Shown: positions 33,990-46,347 of the stretch, piece by piece
Numbering within the stretch: position 1 is the stretch's first letter
Layout of the letters: each line of letters opens with the position of its first letter
NCBI RefSeq assembly: GCF_006345805.1
Contig: NC_042997.1
Span: forward strand, 88,350,001 to 88,414,000
Length of the DNA stretch: 64,000 nucleotides
Direction: 5' to 3'
Source: Octopus sinensis
Taxonomy: Eukaryota
The notes under the pieces: generated by a model
Told to the model about the DNA's origin: nothing
The model's input: the letters and a program-made list of their open reading frames with translations, nothing else
The model's database searches: none
Made by a program: the position numbers and the translations under genes

Positions 33990-36809
33990 CTGTTTAAAAA
34001 CAAACATAAGATAAAATTAGAACAACAATAAAAAATGAGTGACGAATGAATATATAGTGCATGTGTTTATTTCTCAAGAAAAAATTTACTATGACCATCC
34101 TGCAATATAACAATATCTGTTTCAACACACAACATCACATCAGGAATCTTGCAAAACAAATTTATAAATGTAAATTATGTAAATCATTTATTTATAACTA
34201 AGGCTACAGAAAAATGCAAATTTTCAACACATTTTTATTCATTTTTAAAAAGATGTTGTATCATGTTAAATACAGCATTGGAAGAAAAACCCTCTGGTGT
34301 TACCCCTTTGCTATTGTGCCCTAAGCACATGCTTATTTCTTCTGTTGATCCTGGATTTAACCCTTTTGTTACCATATTTCTGCCATTACTTCAGTTAATT
34401 TTGAAAATAATGAAGAATTTAGTAAAATAACTGTTGTTATAAAGCTGGTATTTGGAACATAAATTTAACAAGAAATTTCTATAGAATGTTTTAATTTAGA
34501 TAACTTTAAAACAGTCTGTGTGTCATAGATCCAGAGATGGTACCAACCCGATGATTAACTATGTCCATTATCACTGTTCATTGGTTCATATTTGATGTCA
34601 ACAAGTTATATGATGGCTGTTGTAAAATTTCTGCTGCTGCATTAGTCAATGTACTCACACACATACACAGTGGTAGGTAATGTGGAAGCAAGAAATAATC
34701 TCCCAGTGACCTTTATTTCGATTCCCAGGTGAAAGCAATTCATTTCAATTAAGCTGCTGATGCTCTTCAGAATTGTTTCATCATCTCTACTTTCCATTCT
34801 TCTTCGTTTGGAATAAAGGTCTTTGTGCCTAATCAATGAAAAAAATCTATTTTATATAAATTAACATTGATAATCTGAAATATGTTATGCTCAAACAAAA
34901 GACCAATTCTTCGAACTGAACACTAAAAATATGGAATCATAAAATAATTATTCTGATGTTCCCCAGATACATTTCCCAAGAATTCTACACACCAAAACAA
35001 TGCTTTAGTATTTATTTACATTTTTTTTTAGCTTATCATTCTGTTCAGTTGCTGATCTTGCAAGCTAGAACTATTGTTACTTTCTCTATATATGTAAATG
35101 ACAAATAACATTCTATAGTGGGTAAACTGTCAACCTGGTCTATAGCTTGGTTTTGATTCCTATTTAACTGTTTGAAAATATACCATTAGTCCCTTAGGAA
35201 GGGTGAGAATATTGTATACCATTTCCCTCTCTTTCTCTCATTCCCCTTCCCCTCAACTCATTTGATCTCTTCTAAGATCATTATAGTTGATCACCCATTG
35301 ACAGACACTTCAAACTGCAAGCAATTGACTCTATTTATCACTACTTGCATTAAATAAACATTTTTTTTTCCTACCTCTTTGTGGGTTTTTGATTGTTGCT
35401 TTTTGTTGTTTTTCCTTTCTTTCTATGGATTTTAAAAATCTTATATTCCTCTACTGTTTTTTGATGTTTGTATCACGAATCTGTTTGGCCATCACTTCAT
35501 CATCTAAGGTTCCCCTATTTGTAGGTTCAACGCACAATAATCCCCACAAAATATCTATCGTTGTGATGCTGGTTACAGTGTCATTCATTCATAGGATTGG
35601 TCAACAGTAATCGGTTTTGATGTGTTTCATTATTCCTCTGGCCTTAGATGTCCCAGTTAATTTCACTTGCACTAACTTTGTGATAAATATTTATAGCTTT
35701 ATGCACACTACAACCCCAGTGTTTACATTCATATTTTACTATTTTATTTTCAACAACAAATGTAGCATTTTGGTAGAAATTTGGAAAATCTTATATTTTG
35801 GAGATTCATCTTTTTCTTTTTATATATATATATATATTTTACATAGTTTAGTATGTTGGTAGAAGATGTAGAGCACTGATATGAATGCTTTACTGTATTT
35901 AGTCTTATCTCTTAATGGGTTGAGTTCAAATCCCACGAGGATCAACTTTGCTTCTCATTTGTCCAAGATCAATAATCTTCCATGATACGATGATACCAAT
36001 CCAATTGGCTCACCTTGTGTAAAAAGAAAAAAAAATTAGCCTTGTATCCACAGTCAACAAAAGTTATTTTCCCACTTCTAATATCTGTGCCGTAAAGATG
36101 TAATGTTGATTCAAGAAAAGTCATACAATCACTACCAACTTCCTTATGTTCATAGGAAGAGAGATTTGGTGAGTACGGTGTAACAAAAGGTAAGATCCTA
36201 GTAAGCCAAGTCATTCATCAAACTGATTTTAGTCTTTGGTTGAAGCTCTATTCATACCACTACAGCATAGCTATCATAATTTCATTCATACTCCACAACA
36301 AATGTCACAGCAAAAGATAAAAAATTTTGAGATTTAAGAAAAAATGAAATTTACATATCTTTATCATATATTTAATATATTCTTTTTTTCAATTATTGGT
36401 AAACTAACATCTGCTAATACTAAAGCAAACCAACTATTTGTAATGATATAAATCAACTGACTTGTTAGCTCTATGATCAACCAAACCATTGATACTAAGC
36501 TAAAACAATTTGTTGGTAATAAGGTCAACAAACCAATCTTTTTGCTAACATAAACCAACTTAGTGGTACTAAGGTAAACCTGCCAATTGTCACTAAGAGA
36601 AACCAAAGTGTTGGTACTAAGATACATATACACAAATGCATTACATCCACGTGTGTGTATGTATGTATACATGTATGTAAATATTTGATGGATCTGGCAT
36701 CAGTTTCAATGATAAGCATTCAGTTGTTCAATCAATCGATTGCTCATCATTTCATATATATTTGTGTGTATGTATATATGTATGTGTGTATGTATATATG
36801 TGTGTGTAA

Positions 36810-37020
36810 AATCGTTGTCATCATCAACATCATCATTTAACATCTGTTTTCCAGGCTGGCATGGGTTGGATGGTTCAACAGGTTCTAACAAGTTAGAGGA
36901 CTGTATCATACTCCAATATCTTTAGTATGGTTTCTTTGGCTGGATACCCTTCCTAATACCAACTACTTTACAAAGTGTGCAAGGTGCTTATGTGGTACCA
37001 GTATTAGTGAGGTCACCTTG
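36810..37020 (-). mobile_element. SINE-like family C, reverse orientation
   Basis: CATCATTTAACATCTGTTTTCCAGGCTGGCATGGG tail complement. Confidence 0.7.
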
Positions 37021-37047
37021 CAACTGATAATACTTAAGGGTCTAAAG

Positions 37048-37355
37048 CAGGGGTTTTCAACCATTTTTTATCTATGGACTCCTTTGGTTATTTTTTTTTT
37101 CTGGTGGAACCCCTTAGCCATTCAATGTTTAAAAACTAGTTTTATAGAAACTTCCTTCATAAATCTTATTTTGTTTTAAACACATTAACTTGTGTAGTTG
37201 AACTATGTAAAACATTCAAGAAAGAAACCTAGATGTTTCTTGCAATATATACCAATACACGCATTTTAAGCAAAAGTTTTTTAGCAGCTCTTAAAATACT
37301 ATTGTGGATCCCAAATTTACTAATTTGTTTCATGGACCCTTGATGAGAACCAGTG
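37048..37355. mobile_element. hAT (Charlie-like) MITE, 308 bp
   Basis: Termini CAGGGGTTTTCAAC / GATGAGAACCAGTG; 8-bp TSD gtctaaag / gtttaaag (7/8). Confidence 0.8.
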
Positions 37356-38079
37356 GTTTAAAGGAAGCCTTCTTATTGAAGGAAAATTGAGGATAAAGGT
37401 TTAATGATTCATGTCAGGTTAATGCAAAGATAAATATGATAACAGATTTATGGCTGTGAAAGGAGAGTAGGGAAGAGAGCAACAGTGTAGATACAATTGG
37501 AGAAGAGAATATGGAAGGGAAAGAGATTAGTATCGTAAGTTAGTGAGAAAGGGAGGAACAGAGTGGTAAGAGTAATGAAGTGGGGGCTCAGGGTTATACG
37601 TTGTAAGGGCAAATATGGATGGAAGGTGTGAGGAGAATGTAACATAAAAGAGAGAAATAGATGAAGTGGTGAGGAACCACAGAAAGACAATGAAAGGAAG
37701 AGAGGTGTAAGGGAGTAGGGGAGAGATGAGAGGATATTGAGGAGGCAGAGAAGATGTGGGGAGAGGACAGTGAGTGAGTGCATTTAAAACAGTGAGAGTA
37801 AGAGATGCAGAGAAAGCATCCCAGACAGGAGAGCTAAGGAGAGAAGATAGTAGGGGGCTGTTAAATAAGGGAAGAAAGGTTGAAGAGCATCCTAGAGTGT
37901 GAATGCAGCAAACATTGAGGTAAAAAGCAGTTGGAGGAAGGAGAATTTCAGAGGTTACAGGGGAGGAAAGGATAAAAGCAGTGATAGGATCCTGGGCAAG
38001 GGTGGAGCAGTGTGCAAATGCTGCAAGAGAAACAAAACCATCAATACTCTCCTTACTAGCATTCTTTCTGCCATCTTTG

Positions 38080-38290
38080 CCTGAGAGGATAGGTTTTGGA
38101 TTTCAGCTATACAGTTTGTCATCTGTTTTGTGAGGTTCAGAATCTTGAGATAAGTTTTCACCACTTCATCCCATGTCTTTCTAGGTTTTCCTTTTACACA
38201 GAGACCACCTACTTTGAGTACCCAGCACATATTACATGGCCATACCAGCATACTCACCTTATTTCTTTCAAATCCTTCACAAACGTATAA
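38080..38290 (-). mobile_element. LINE (RTE-like) 3' end fragment
   Basis: KVGGLCVKGKPRKTWDEVVK matches the LINE 3' fragment at 63720-64000. Confidence 0.7.
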
Positions 38291-38491
38291 CATCTGTGTG
38301 TGTAGATATATATATGTGTGTGTGTGTTTACATCACCGTAACTTAGTAGTTCAGCAAAAGAAACCAATAAAATAAGTATTGAGAATAAGTCCTGAGGTTG
38401 ATTTCTTTGACTAAAAAACCCTTTAAGGTGGTGCTCCAGGATGGTCAGTCAAATGACTGAAACAAGTAAAAGAATAAAGAATATATGTATG

Positions 38492-38552
<61 letters not shown>

Positions 38553-39875
38553 TTGCTGGTACTAAGATAAATCAACCAACCTAAGAGAAGTCTCAACTAA
38601 TTGTTAAATTCATTCTTATTTTCTTATGTTAGGCTGTATGATGTTACAATAGGTTTCTGCTGAAGCATGTCCATAATATAATTGGAAACAAACTTTAGGA
38701 AGTCCTATTTAGTAACTAAATGAATAATCTCTTGTATTTAATAGTTTTCATTTGATCTAAATAGTGCCCTGTATACATAAACACATACCCATAGGCACAA
38801 ACATACATGCACATGCATATTTCTAAACATTACATTTTAGTGTGAGTGATTTATATTTTATGAGTATATATACATACTGACACACACACATCTATACATA
38901 CATCTGTAGAGTAATGTGTGTCAAAACATCCCATTTTCCTTCCTTCTATACTGATGTTAAAGCCATTGTTCTTCTGCCAGAAATTATTTCTCATTTAAAT
39001 AAAATCCGCACAATCATTATTTGAACTCATAAAAGCAGCAAACTGGTAGAATTGTTAGCCCACTGGGCAAAATGTTTACTGGCATTTCATCTGTCTTCAT
39101 GTTCTGAGTCCAAATTCTGCCATGGTTTACTTTACCTTATATCCTTTCAGAGTCAATAAAATAAGTGCCGGTTGAACACTGGGGTCAATGTAATCAACTA
39201 AACCCCTCCCTTGAAATTGCTGGCCTTGTGCCAAAATTTGTAATTAATATTTGAACTCATAAACTGTTAATACTAAGGTGAACCCAGAATTGTAAGCTTA
39301 CCAAATTGGAGACATAAAACAGAGTACTCTAAGTTTACATAGAGAGATATAGTTAGGCTATTCTGAGCTTATAAAGAAATATTTCTCTCCAAAGAAAAAG
39401 ATGTGAAGTGTTTGTAATGAGATTTGTTGTCAGTTTCTATAAAATTCTTACATAAAACTGGCAAAGTATCAAATGCGATGATAATCAGATAAAGAAATGA
39501 AACATTGACCCTTGAAATAAGACCACAATCATCTTAATATCATGCAGCTGCTAAACCAAGAAAATGTTCTTTTGGGAATTTTCCCCTTTCTATTTATTTA
39601 TTTATTTGTTAAAGACAAATCAGACTTCAGCATTAATTGATAAAATATGAAAATTACTTTGTAAATAACTGTATTAACCAATTAGAATCTGGTCTAAGTA
39701 GTGCCATACATACATATACATAGCCAAGTCTAGGAATTTGTAGGTTTATTTTATGACCATATATACCCATGCTCACTTAGACTCATATACACAGATGTAT
39801 GTTAAATGATGATGATGATATACATGTACAAATCCTCCTCCCCACATACACACACATATATGTATGTCATATACT

Positions 39876-40261
39876 CTTTACTCTTTTACTTGTTTCAGTC
39901 ATTTGACTGTGGCCATGCTGGAGCACCGCCTTTAGTCAAGCAAATTGACCCCAGGACTTATTCTTTGTAAGCCTAGTACTTATTCTATCGGTCTCTTTTG
40001 CCGAACTGCTAAGTTACGGGGACATGAACACACCAGCATCAGTTGTCAAGTGATGTTGGGAGGACAAACACAGAGACACAAACACACAAATTACCTTACT
40101 TACGACAGGCTTCTTTCAGTTTCCATCTACCAGATCCACTCACAAGGCTTTGGTCAGCCTGAGGCTATAATAGAAGACACTTGCCTAAAGTGCCACGCAG
40201 TAGGACTGAACCCGAACCATGTGGTTGGTAAGCAAGCTACTTACCACACAGCCACTCCTGC

Positions 40262-40262
<1 letters not shown>
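39876..40262 (-). mobile_element. SINE family A, full length, reverse orientation
   Basis: Complete tail-to-head match to 40386-40770. Confidence 0.85.
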
Positions 40263-40301
<39 letters not shown>

Positions 40302-40385
40302 ATCCAGATTGATTTCAATGATGAGAATTCACCTGTTCAGTTAAGGGATTGTTCATCACTGAATATATATTTATGTGAAGGCGTA

Positions 40386-40770
40386 GGAGTGGCTGTGTGG
40401 TAAGTAGCTTGCTTACTAACCACATGGTTCCAGGTTCAGTCCCACTGCATGGCACCTTGGGCAAATGTCTTGTACTATAGCCTAGGGCTGACCAAAGCCT
40501 TGTGAGTGGATTTGGTAGACAGAAACTGAAAGAAGCCAGTCGTACATATGTATGTGTGTGTATATGTTTCTGTGTCAGTGTTTGTCCCCCCAACATCGCT
40601 TAACAACCAATGCTTGTGTGTCTACATCCCCATAACTTAGCGGTTCAGCAAAAAGATCAATAGAACAAGTACTAGGTTTATAAAGAATAAGTCCTGGGGT
40701 CTATTTGCTCGACTAAAGACATTGCTCCAGCATCACCACAGTCAAATGACTGAAACAAGTAAAAGAGTAT
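40386..40770 (+). mobile_element. SINE family A, full length
   Basis: A-box, GGTTCAGTCCC B-box, internal (TG/TA)n, tail GACTGAAACAAGTAAAAGAG. Confidence 0.85.
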
Positions 40771-41080
40771 GTGTGTGTATACACATATATGATGGCACTC
40801 TGTCAGCTAAAATGATGAGCGTTCCAGTTGATTCAATCAATTGAACAGGCTTCTCATGAAATTAATGAGCAAGTAGCTGAGCACACCCTTTACATAATTC
40901 TCAGTGTGATTCAGCATGACACAGGGTGTGACAATACCAGCTCATTTTTGTCAGCTGAGTGGACTGGAGCAATGTGAAAGAAAATGTCTCGCTCAAGGAC
41001 ACAATGTGCTGCCAAGGACCAAACTCACAACCTTATGATTGTCTGCTGAATAACCTAACCATTAAGCCATACACTTTCTA

Positions 41081-41234
41081 GCTGTGTGGTAAAAAGCTTG
41101 CTTCCCAACCACATGGTACTGGGTTCAGTCCCACTGCATGGCACCTTAGGCAAGTGTCTTCTACTGTAGCCTCAGGCCAACCAAAACCTTGTGAGTGGAT
41201 TTGGTAGACAGAAACTGAAAGAAGCCCATTGTAA

Positions 41235-41270
<36 letters not shown>

Positions 41271-41480
41271 ATCTTTGGATCTGTGTTTGAACCCCACCAC
41301 CACTTGACAACCAGTATTGGGTTTTTTTATGCCCTTGTAACTTAGCGGTTCAGCAAAAAGTGACCAATAAAATAAGTACCAGGCTTTAAAAAAAAGTAAG
41401 CACTGGTGTCGGTTTTTGGACTGAAAATTCTTCAAGGCAGTGCCCCAGCATGGCCACTGTCGATTGACTGAAATCTGAAA
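41081..41480 (+). mobile_element. SINE family A, full length
   Basis: Same head, internal microsatellite and tail. Confidence 0.82.
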
Positions 41481-42514
41481 CAGATTAAAAAATAAGATGT
41501 GTGTGTTTGAGTCTGTGTGTGTGCGTGTATATATATACACACACAGATATATATATATATTTGATGAACACACAGAAACAGCATTAAATTTAAATTCTGT
41601 GGTTTTTGTCTGAGAGAAAATCCCACAAGAAAAACAACTGCATTTTACACTACTAGGGACTTGTCAATGCTGTGTACCCATTTATCACAGATGTATTTTA
41701 CCTTACTTGAGGTTTGTTAATGCCCTCTAAGCTTTCTGTAATACCAATGATTGAATTACTTACTGTTTCCTATATATCAAAGCATAAATTTCACCTCAGC
41801 AAGTAACAAACAGATGCACAGAAATAGAATGAAATGCCTTTGTTGTTCTCATGAGTCACTGCTGCAATGATGTTCACCTCTCTCCAATATATATTGCATT
41901 CCCAAGACGTGTGAAGAGATTTTCTCTCAGAAACCACAGCATCATGCCTTTCAATAATGTACATGCATTTAGTATTATACACACCTGGTTAGAGTGTCAG
42001 GCTTATAATTGTGAGGTTGTGTGTTCTTGAGCAAGACACTTTATTTCATGTTGCTCCAGTTTACTTAGCTGTAGAAATGAGTCAACATCACTAATACCAA
42101 GCTGTGTCAGCCTTTGTCTTTCCTTTGGACAACATTGGTGAAACGGAGAGAGAAGACTGGTATGTATGGGCAACTCCTAGTCTTCCACAAACAGCCCTGT
42201 CTGGATTTGTGCCTTGAAGGGTAACTTTCTAGGTGTAATCCCTAACCAAAGGGGGTCTTTACCTATTACCCTATATTTAAGCTATGTATGTATGTATACA
42301 TACATTATGTATATGCATCCATAAATATATTCTTTTGTGTTGTGTTGTGTGTGTGTGTGTGTAAGTGTGTGGCAATTGTTAAATAACAACTTAGAACAAT
42401 TAAATGCTAATATCTACCTGAAGTCAACAAGTCAAGCAATTAGACCTTACTTATCAACTTATGAACTCAGTATGTGATATCTATAATAGGAAACACATAA
42501 CTGTTATCCAATGA

Positions 42515-42575
<61 letters not shown>

Positions 42576-44254
42576 TTTGTATACATATACATGTACACAT
42601 ATTCAATCAGCAGAAGTTACAAAATGATATAAATATATATATATATTTAGGTAGAACTTATTTAGCAATATATGTGTATATGTTCAGATGAATAATTTCA
42701 AAATAGCTGTGAGGTTAAGCTGCATGACTGATGTTGGTGGTAGTAGTAGTAGTCAACATTTCTGTTAATATTATCATTGCCTTAGTTTTAATATTTGTAA
42801 ACCATTTACTCCAGGTTTAACTTATTATAGGTCCAAACAAACATAATTTCAGAAAATTAGTACCATAGTCAAATATGCTCAGACAGGGTTGTTTTTATCA
42901 GGCTTTCATACTTAGGCACAATCAGCAAGTTACATATTCAAAATGCAGTCAATAGAAGCTATTCATGCTGTTCTGATCTGTGTTAAAATTGGAAACCAGT
43001 GGCAACGATGACAACAGTGATGATGATGATGATGATGATGGCATTGGTTCTAGCTGTGGTGGTGATGTTGGTGGTGATTATACTGAAGGCTGCATGAATG
43101 ATGACTGGACAATCAGTATAGGGTTATTTAAATGTTCAGCTGGGCCTGAGGTTGTTGGGACATTATGAAACATTTTTGTGACATTTTTGGATTTTTTCTT
43201 TTAATGGAAAAATTAAAAGTTCTTGTTGATCAACAAGTATGAAATAAAATATTTATAGAAAAATTTCTCATTTGTCTCATTCTTTTTTTATTTTTATTTA
43301 TTTTTTATTTTATTTTTTATCATTCTTTTTTTTTTTTCATATATCTCCTTAGTTGAGTCTCACAGTGGGTCAGAAGATGTCAGGCTACAAAATGTTTGTT
43401 TACCTGCTAGAAGCTAAACAAGAAGATTCACTTCAATCAGTTTAAACATGTAACTTTCTCAACATTCACTTTCACATCATATACTCTTCTGTAACTGAAT
43501 ATATCCTTTATCACCTACTTTCTTTTCTGTAATTAACTATCTCACTACTTTTAAACTTTAATCCCAGAATTATACCTTCTTGTCATTTTTACTCACATCA
43601 TTAACTAGATGTTTGTTTCTTCTCAATTTCTCTTGCAGTTTTTTGGGTTGGTTTTGTTTCTTTTTTCATACTGTGACAGACCACATCAATAATCCATATC
43701 TAATTTTGGTTCATAAAAGATGCAGACATGGCTATCTAGTTAAGAAGCTTGTTTTCCAACCTCTTAGTTCTGGGTTCAGCTCCACTGCATAGCACCTTGG
43801 GTGCGTTTCTTCAACTATAATCCCAGGTCAATCAAAGCTTTGAAAGTGGATTTGGTTGATAAACACTGAAAGAAGTCTTTTGTATGTATATTTATATACG
43901 GGTGTATATGTGTGTGTGAGAGTTAGTGTCTCCTTTTTTATTTTGACATTACAGGATTGTTGTAAGCAAGTGTTACCAGTATACAAATGGTATCCTTCAT
44001 TTTTAATCTTCAGTGAAAACATGTCAGCCCATGGAGACAAATTACCTTACTAAGAAACACTTGAAAGGTGGTGACAAGAAGGGCAACCATAGAAAATCTG
44101 CCACAACAAATTCTGTCTGACCCATGCAAGCATGGAAAAGTAGGTACTAATAAAATGATGATTCAATAAAATTATATTTCACCTTCTTGCAGTGGTGAAG
44201 CTTGATTTACACACATGATATTTTTCCCACCAACATAAAAACAAGCTAATGTTA

Positions 44255-44845
44255 GATGATAATAACAGTGGTAATTTCCTGGGACAGTCATACATCATGA
44301 TCTACCAAAGGCTATCTTTGCCAACAGTATCAAAGGCCTTGGACAGATTGACATATGTAGAGCTCAAGCCAGTATTCTATTCTTGCCAGTTCCCTAAATG
44401 CTGTCTAGTAGCAAACACCATGTTGACAGCTTCACTTTCTTTCTGCAGGCTACACTGGCTTCATAGCAAGAGGCCTTGCTCAAGGTGTATGATGAGGTGA
44501 TTGAGTAGAATTCTAGCTAGAGGATTGCATGCAACAAACAGCAGGTATATTTCAAGTGGTTGTTGCAGACCTGACAATTTCCTCTGTGCTTGTAAAAGTG
44601 TATTATAGAAGCATCCTTGAAGTCTGAAGTCCTGAGAAACTATCTTATGCTGCCATATGAGCTGGAATAGCTGTTGTAGTTTCTCTGGTAAAGCCATGCT
44701 GCTTTCTTTGTAAACTTCAGCTATGATGGAATCTGAGCCAGGTGCCTTGTGAATGGACAGCAGACAAACTGCTTTTTGTATCTTCTCCAAAGTTGGTATT
44801 ATATCCTGCATTTCATCAATTAGAACTTGAGGTAGCTGATCCATG
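44255..44845 (-). mobile_element. RTE/BovB-like LINE reverse transcriptase fragment
   Basis: KAPGSDSIIAEVYK, LARILLNHL, YVNLSKAFDTV-type segments with stops and frameshifts. Confidence 0.85.
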
Positions 44846-45156
44846 TTTTTCTTTTTTTTGTGAGATATTAGGGATATATTTTCTGGGTAAACTTACCTCA
44901 TGGTGAACTTTCCTCATGGTGAACTTTCTTCACAATGAATTGATGGCAGTAAACTTTCCCTGCGGTGACTTGATGGCAGTGAACTTACCTGTAATCAGCT
45001 GACCAATGGCTTTCTCAATGATAACCACAAAAATGCTGCTATGGTCAGTAACAATGATGCAGTTTCGTTTTCCAATTATCAATTGTGATCCCATTATCTC
45101 ATTTAGTTCTATACTAGCCTTTCAACTAATTCTTGCTTTGTCCAAACTACCTTTCG

Positions 45157-45347
45157 CCCTTTAGCATTTAAACCAGTTATTTCTGGTTCAAATATTCTTC
45201 TTATTTTATATTCAGACAAACCAGATCAGGCATCTCACACCTACCTTACAATGTCATTCTAAAAATATGCAATCACATTATTGAAATCTCAAAGCTATGA
45301 GATAATGCACAAAGAATTTAAAACAGAGTAATCTGAATGCTAATGGG
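45157..45347 (-). mobile_element. piggyBac-type MITE, reverse-orientation copy
   Basis: CCCTTTAGCATT ... AATGCTAATGGG-TTAA; same family as 46128 and 52102; left TTAA not preserved. Confidence 0.7.
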
Positions 45348-46127
45348 TTAAAACATCCAATACATTGTCATGCTTTTAACATAATCAAAATTCCCAGAAT
45401 GTATTTGCTTGCTAGTAGTTGAGCTGTTTCTCTGTTATTTTTATATATCCTGCACAAGTCTGATGTCATTTCTACTTTTCTCTATTTATTCCATACTCTT
45501 CTGTAATATATTTTTATCTAAGTTGTTAAAAACTTGACTGTAGAATTATAATTCTACCAAATTTCTCTTTATGAGCCATTCATTCTGGTTTCATCATCAC
45601 AATCTTCACCTTTCTTTTCAATGCTGAACATTGTATCTTCTGATTCGCTTTTAACAGAACAGTATTCTTTTCTGCTATATCTCTCCCCCATGCAGTACTT
45701 ACCCATTTGCACTTTTTCGACACTTGGAAACGTACCACTCTAACATTTGTTTCATTTCATAGTCATGACATCATTGCCTCCCTTTGTTCTTGTTGAGAAT
45801 AATCATTCACCACTTCTCAACTGAGTATAAAAGATTGTCTCTTGGAATTCTCTTAATGGTTCCATCTATCTTCTCTTAATCTATTTTGATTACTTAAACC
45901 ATACTTATCACAGTTCTGTTAATTGAAACTAATTAACAATTTATGGATTTCACAAGACATTTGTTGAATAGTTCCAATTAAACCTGAGTATTTATTCAGA
46001 TCTCAAACTAATGTGACAACTGAGTGGAAATGGTAGTTTATAGAAAAGGTTGTGTGATAGAAGCAATAGTGGTAAGAACAGCTCTTTTCTTTGATGCCAA
46101 AAGCCAAATCTGTATAGTGTGAGTTAA

Positions 46128-46347
46128 CCCTTTAGTATTCAGATTACACTGTCAAATGTAATACTTATTTAACCATATTGTTTTGAATTAATCATGAATT
46201 ATTTTGTAGCTTCAAGTATTTGATGATATGATGGTTTATTTTTGTAATAACATTGTAGAGAAGGTGTGAGGGCACCAGATTTGGCCGTTTGAACATAAAG
46301 CAGGTAGAATATTTTGGATAGATATAGCTGGTTTAAATGCTAAAGGG
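46128..46347 (+). mobile_element. piggyBac-type MITE, 220 bp
   Basis: TTAA-CCCTTTAGTATT ... AATGCTAAAGGG-TTAA; TTAA TSD and CCC/GGG termini. Confidence 0.85.

Noticed and set aside
35969-36214. Minus-strand ORF containing RSGKITFVDC, reminiscent of the kinesin switch II approach (GKI.FVDLAGSE)
   Set aside because: LAGSE is absent, no other motor motifs nearby, and the ORF runs into a T-tract and SINE; kept only as a possible upstream exon of the candidate gene
37448-37900. 111-aa Leu/Ser/Phe/Pro-rich ORF over a purine-rich tract
   Set aside because: Low-complexity GA-rich sequence; compositional artefact
43353-43445. Plus-strand acceptor-like T-tract followed by short open frames (ESHSGSEDVRLQNVCLPARS* or LSLTVGQKMSGYKMFVYLLEAK...)
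   Set aside because: No partner exons or homology recognised; poly-T tracts ending in AG are common here
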